64,000 nt of DNA from Octopus vulgaris (lineage: Eukaryota): the NCBI GenBank assembly GCA_951406725.2, contig OX597816.1:2728001-2792000 (forward strand), in the 5' to 3' direction. Of the stretch, positions 60,145 through 64,000 are shown in pieces. A program made the position numbers and the translations under genes. Each line of letters opens with the position of its first letter. Position 1 is the stretch's first letter. The notes under the pieces are model-generated. The model was not told where the DNA came from, did no database searches, and worked only from the letters and a program-made list of their open reading frames with translations.

Positions 60145-60545
60145 AAGGCGGCGAGGAGCTGGCAGAAACGTTAGCACACCGGACGAAATGCTTAGCGGTA
60201 TTTCGTCTGCTGCTACGTTCTGAGTTCAAATTCCGCCGAGGTCGACTTTGCCTTTCATCCTTTCGGGGTCGATTAAATAAGTACCAGTTACGCACTGGGG
60301 TCGATATAGTCGACTTAATCCGTTTGTCTGTCTTTGTTTGTCCCCTCTGTGTTTAGCCCCTTGTGGGTAGTAAAGAAACATGTATTTTGTCTGTCTTTAC
60401 GCTCTGAGTTCAAATTCCGCCGAGGTCGACTTTGCCTTTCATCCTTTCAGATTCGATAAATTAAGTACCAGTTGCGTACTGGGGTCGATCGAATCGACTG
60501 ACCCTCTTCTCCAAAATCTCGGGCCTTGTGCCTAGAGTAGAAAAT
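60145..60545 (+). mobile_element. Two tandem family A SINEs with different 3' tails
   Basis: 60145-60380 ends GTAAAGAAACA; 60383-60545 ends GGCCTTGTGCCTAGAGTAGAAAA. Confidence 0.88.
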
Positions 60546-60611
60546 AATATTTTACTTGGCTCAGTCATTGGACTGTGGCCATGCTGAAGCACCGCCTTGT
60601 ATGGTTTAGTT

Positions 60612-60887
60612 CAGTGGTTTCCAAAGTGAGCGGTATTGCCCCTCTGGAGGCAGTGGAAAGTTCCAAGGGGGCGTTGAAGAAAAGTGGGGCGATAAAGGAG
60701 TGGCGATTCATGTAAAAGCAAACAAAATATTGGGTTCATTAGGTTAAGTTTTATTTGTGAAATACAACTGGTTTGGATTTGCTTCAGAAAGAGGTTTATG
60801 CTTGTGATGGTTAATTGGGGGGTGGGGCATGTCAATGTGGCCCGGGTGTCGAGGGGGCGGCAGCCCGAAAAAGTTTGGGAACCACTA
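60612..60887. mobile_element. hAT (Charlie-like) MITE inside a family B SINE
   Basis: CAGTGGTTTCCAAA...TTTGGGAACCACTA; 8 bp TSD GTTTAGTT/GTTTAGTC. Confidence 0.8.
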
Positions 60888-61078
60888 GTTTAGTCGAACA
60901 AATAGATCGCAGAGTTTAGTTTAAGATCGGTAATTATTCCTTCGGTCACTTTTTGCCGAACCGCTGCGTTACGGGGCTGTAAACAACCGATGCCGGTTGT
61001 CAAGATGTGATGGGTAAAACCGAAACACGCACGCGCGCGCACACAATCTCGTGTATGTGTGTGTGAACGTATCTATCC

Positions 61079-61217
<139 letters not shown>

Positions 61218-61218
61218 C

Positions 61219-61839
61219 ACAATCAACTAATAAGGGTGAGAAAATTGGATACTAATTTAATAGTACCATCAATTTAACACCAAGTGTCTTAGTGCATAAA
61301 AACCAGGAATACAATAAATTTTATACGTAAATATAAGAGAGTGACTACTATGTGGTCGACTCGAGCACTAAAAATAGATCCGCTACGGTTTAGCCACGAA
61401 GAATTGTTTCCGATGAAAGTTAGCACAACTATTAGCGTAAACGAGTAGGGCAAATAAAAAACAACAAAAATGCAGATTAATTCAGGACAATTGTTTCGCT
61501 ATTAATAAATTATGTAATTTTACTCACATAACATATCTGTAGCTCCTCGGCTGAATTTGTCTAGAATACAATTTACTCAACTGCATGCCAGATTTTACCA
61601 TAACGATAAACACACATGCGGTTCAGTCGATTGCATTCACCGTTATAATTCAAGTGTCCCCGCCAAAGCCCGCCAAAATTCACGGAAACAGATACTACAT
61701 CAAAAATTAAATGCAGTATAATTACAATCAACTAATAAGGGTGAGAAAATTGAATACTAATTTAATAGTACCATCAATTTAACACCAAGTGGCTTAGTGC
61801 ATAAAAGCCGGGAATCCAAAAAATTTTATACGTAAATAT
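61219..61839 (-). mobile_element. Direct-repeat element (~506 bp period, ~115 bp terminal redundancy) carrying a hammerhead
   Basis: 61219-61333 repeated at 61725-61839; related fragment at 2581-2650. Confidence 0.8.
61479..61557 (-). ncRNA. Type I hammerhead ribozyme motif
   Basis: AATTCAG-CCGAGGA-GCTA...TAGC-GAA-AC(AATT)GT-C|CTGAATT: 7 bp stem I, GUC triplet; U4>C in core. Confidence 0.75.
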
Positions 61840-62229
61840 GGCGGGCTTCTTCCAGTTCCTGCCGACTAAATCCCCTCACTTGGCACTGATCGGCCTTGGG
61901 CTGCAGACGACACTTGTTCAAAGTACCCTGCTGTAGGACTGATCTCCAAAATACAGGATTGTGAAGGCAAGCCTGTTAGCCACTCGGCCATTCGACCTGC
62001 CTACTTTTGACAAATATTTTATCAGGTTTATTGGGGTAAACTCGACTTTTGTCCAGCGTAAAGAAATGATTCGGTGATGTTTGTGTGAGAAGAAAGAGAA
62101 GGAAAGAGAGAATGAGAGAGAGGGAAGGAAAGACTGGGAGGGAAAGATGGAGAGAGAGTGAAAGAGAGAGAAATGGCGGGAGAACTAAAGAACTTAAGTG
62201 AGTGAGAGAGGGAGCGAGAAAGAGAGGGC

Positions 62230-62479
62230 TTTTTGGGGGGTACTCATCCCTCTGAATACCCGCTCCCCCATTTGCTGCTATGGCAGACCCAAGTGAGAGG
62301 AAAGCGTCAGAAACCCGAGTCTGCTCAATCCGGAGTTACCCTAACATTTCGCCTTGACCTTAACCGCCACCGCCCGCCGCCTCCACCACCACCCGCCGCC
62401 TCCACCACCACCAAATATCTCAGACATTTCCGATCGCATCTCTGCGTTGATTGATCTCAAATATTCGTCTCTTTGATAG
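62230..62479 (+). other. Possible non-coding (alternative 5') exon
   Basis: Unique GC-richer block after a GA-rich tract, ending at consensus donor AG|GTGAGT; start uncertain. Confidence 0.3.
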
Positions 62480-62929
62480 GTGAGTGATTGAATTTTTATG
62501 CTTTCCAAAGTACTTTTCATACAGTGAACAACGTTTATTTTCGTTGCTTTTAAAATTTCCTAAACTTAATATACGGCACGTCAGTAGTTCAGAAAATTCT
62601 TATCGATTTTTGTTTGGTTCCTGGAATCTATTGCGTCACTCTACTTTAAATATCGATTATTTTTGCTTACATTTTATGTCCTCTATGCAACAGTGTCATA
62701 GTATATAGTGCAGTCGATTGCTTTGATCCTTGTGTATAACTGGTATAGCAATGAAATAACCCAGTGGTGTGTAAGTTCAAATTCACTGTAGGTATGTCAT
62801 TGTGCTTCTTTAGGAAGTATTTTATGTAGGGATCTGTCTGCCTGCTTGCCTGCCTGCTTGTCTCACTGTCTGTCTATGTATGTATGCAAGCATCTATCCT
62901 TCTCTCTATATATGCAAGTACCTACCTAC

Positions 62930-63353
<424 letters not shown>

Positions 63354-63406
63354 TAAGACAACAAAAGAATGAAAGAGGACCTCGATATTATGTAAATAGA
63401 GGAATT

Positions 63407-63639
63407 TATCTGTAAATGTAATATGTAACAATTATTTGGTAGCCATGATAAAACTCCGAGTTTCGTATGTCGGGGTGGAAGTCCACGCCGCCATCTATTC
63501 AGTTATCCGGCCAGATTTTTCATAGCATTTTTCCCGATGGCCGGTTAATTGAAGAGATGGCGGCGTGAATTTCCACTCCGACATCCAAAACTCGGAGTTT
63601 TATCATGGCTACCGAATAATTGTCACATATTACATTTAC

Positions 63640-63644
<5 letters not shown>
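63407..63644. mobile_element. Fold-back element, ~107 bp arms, each with a decayed hammerhead
   Basis: 63407-63513 is the reverse complement of 63538-63644; 24 nt spacer. Confidence 0.85.
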
Positions 63645-63672
<28 letters not shown>

Positions 63673-63675
<3 letters not shown>

Positions 63676-63842
63676 CTAGCCACTACACATTCTTTATTTT
63701 CTCTCCTGTGTTCCTTGCTTTGGAAGAGCATAGGCTCGAAACGTTAAAGACTTTTCACTTCCTGAGTGTTATACTAATACATCTGTTTGTTGTCTACACC
63801 ACCTGTCTTCGTCTTTTGTTTTTTTTTTGTGAATTCTCCCCT
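63673..63842 (+). mobile_element. Relative of 52936-53139 with hammerhead core partly deleted
   Basis: GAAGAGCATAGGCTCGAAACGTTAAAG plus matching downstream sequence. Confidence 0.65.
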
Positions 63843-63940
63843 ATACATATTCATATATGTCTGTCTGTCTGTCTGTCTAATGTTACTTTTTTTATTTTGA
63901 GAAAGGATGTGGAGGAAAAGTACCTTTTGTTACAAATTCA

Positions 63941-63989
<49 letters not shown>

Positions 63990-64000
63990 AACAAGTGTAT

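Overview
Repeat-saturated eukaryotic DNA, most likely coleoid cephalopod (Octopus-like SINE families; recognised from memory, not searched). Almost all ORF-track entries are microsatellite artefacts. Recognisable content: dead DD34D mariner and DD37D maT transposons, hAT and other MITEs, a Helitron-like end, Tx1/L1-clade LINE copies, RTE and R4/Dong remnants, a Gypsy integrase relic and dozens of tRNA-derived SINEs. One plausible host coding first exon lies on + (28537-28672, product unidentified). The most notable signal is a set of type I hammerhead-ribozyme motifs of the minimal Penelope-like kind in several unrelated non-coding elements. These include a ~1.25 kb palindrome whose arms each join a tRNA-derived Pol III head to a hammerhead tail (44661-45916), a second hammerhead fold-back (63407-63644) and a well-paired hammerhead inside a ~506 bp direct-repeat unit (61219-61839). 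Every hammerhead copy here has at least one core deviation, so activity is unproven.
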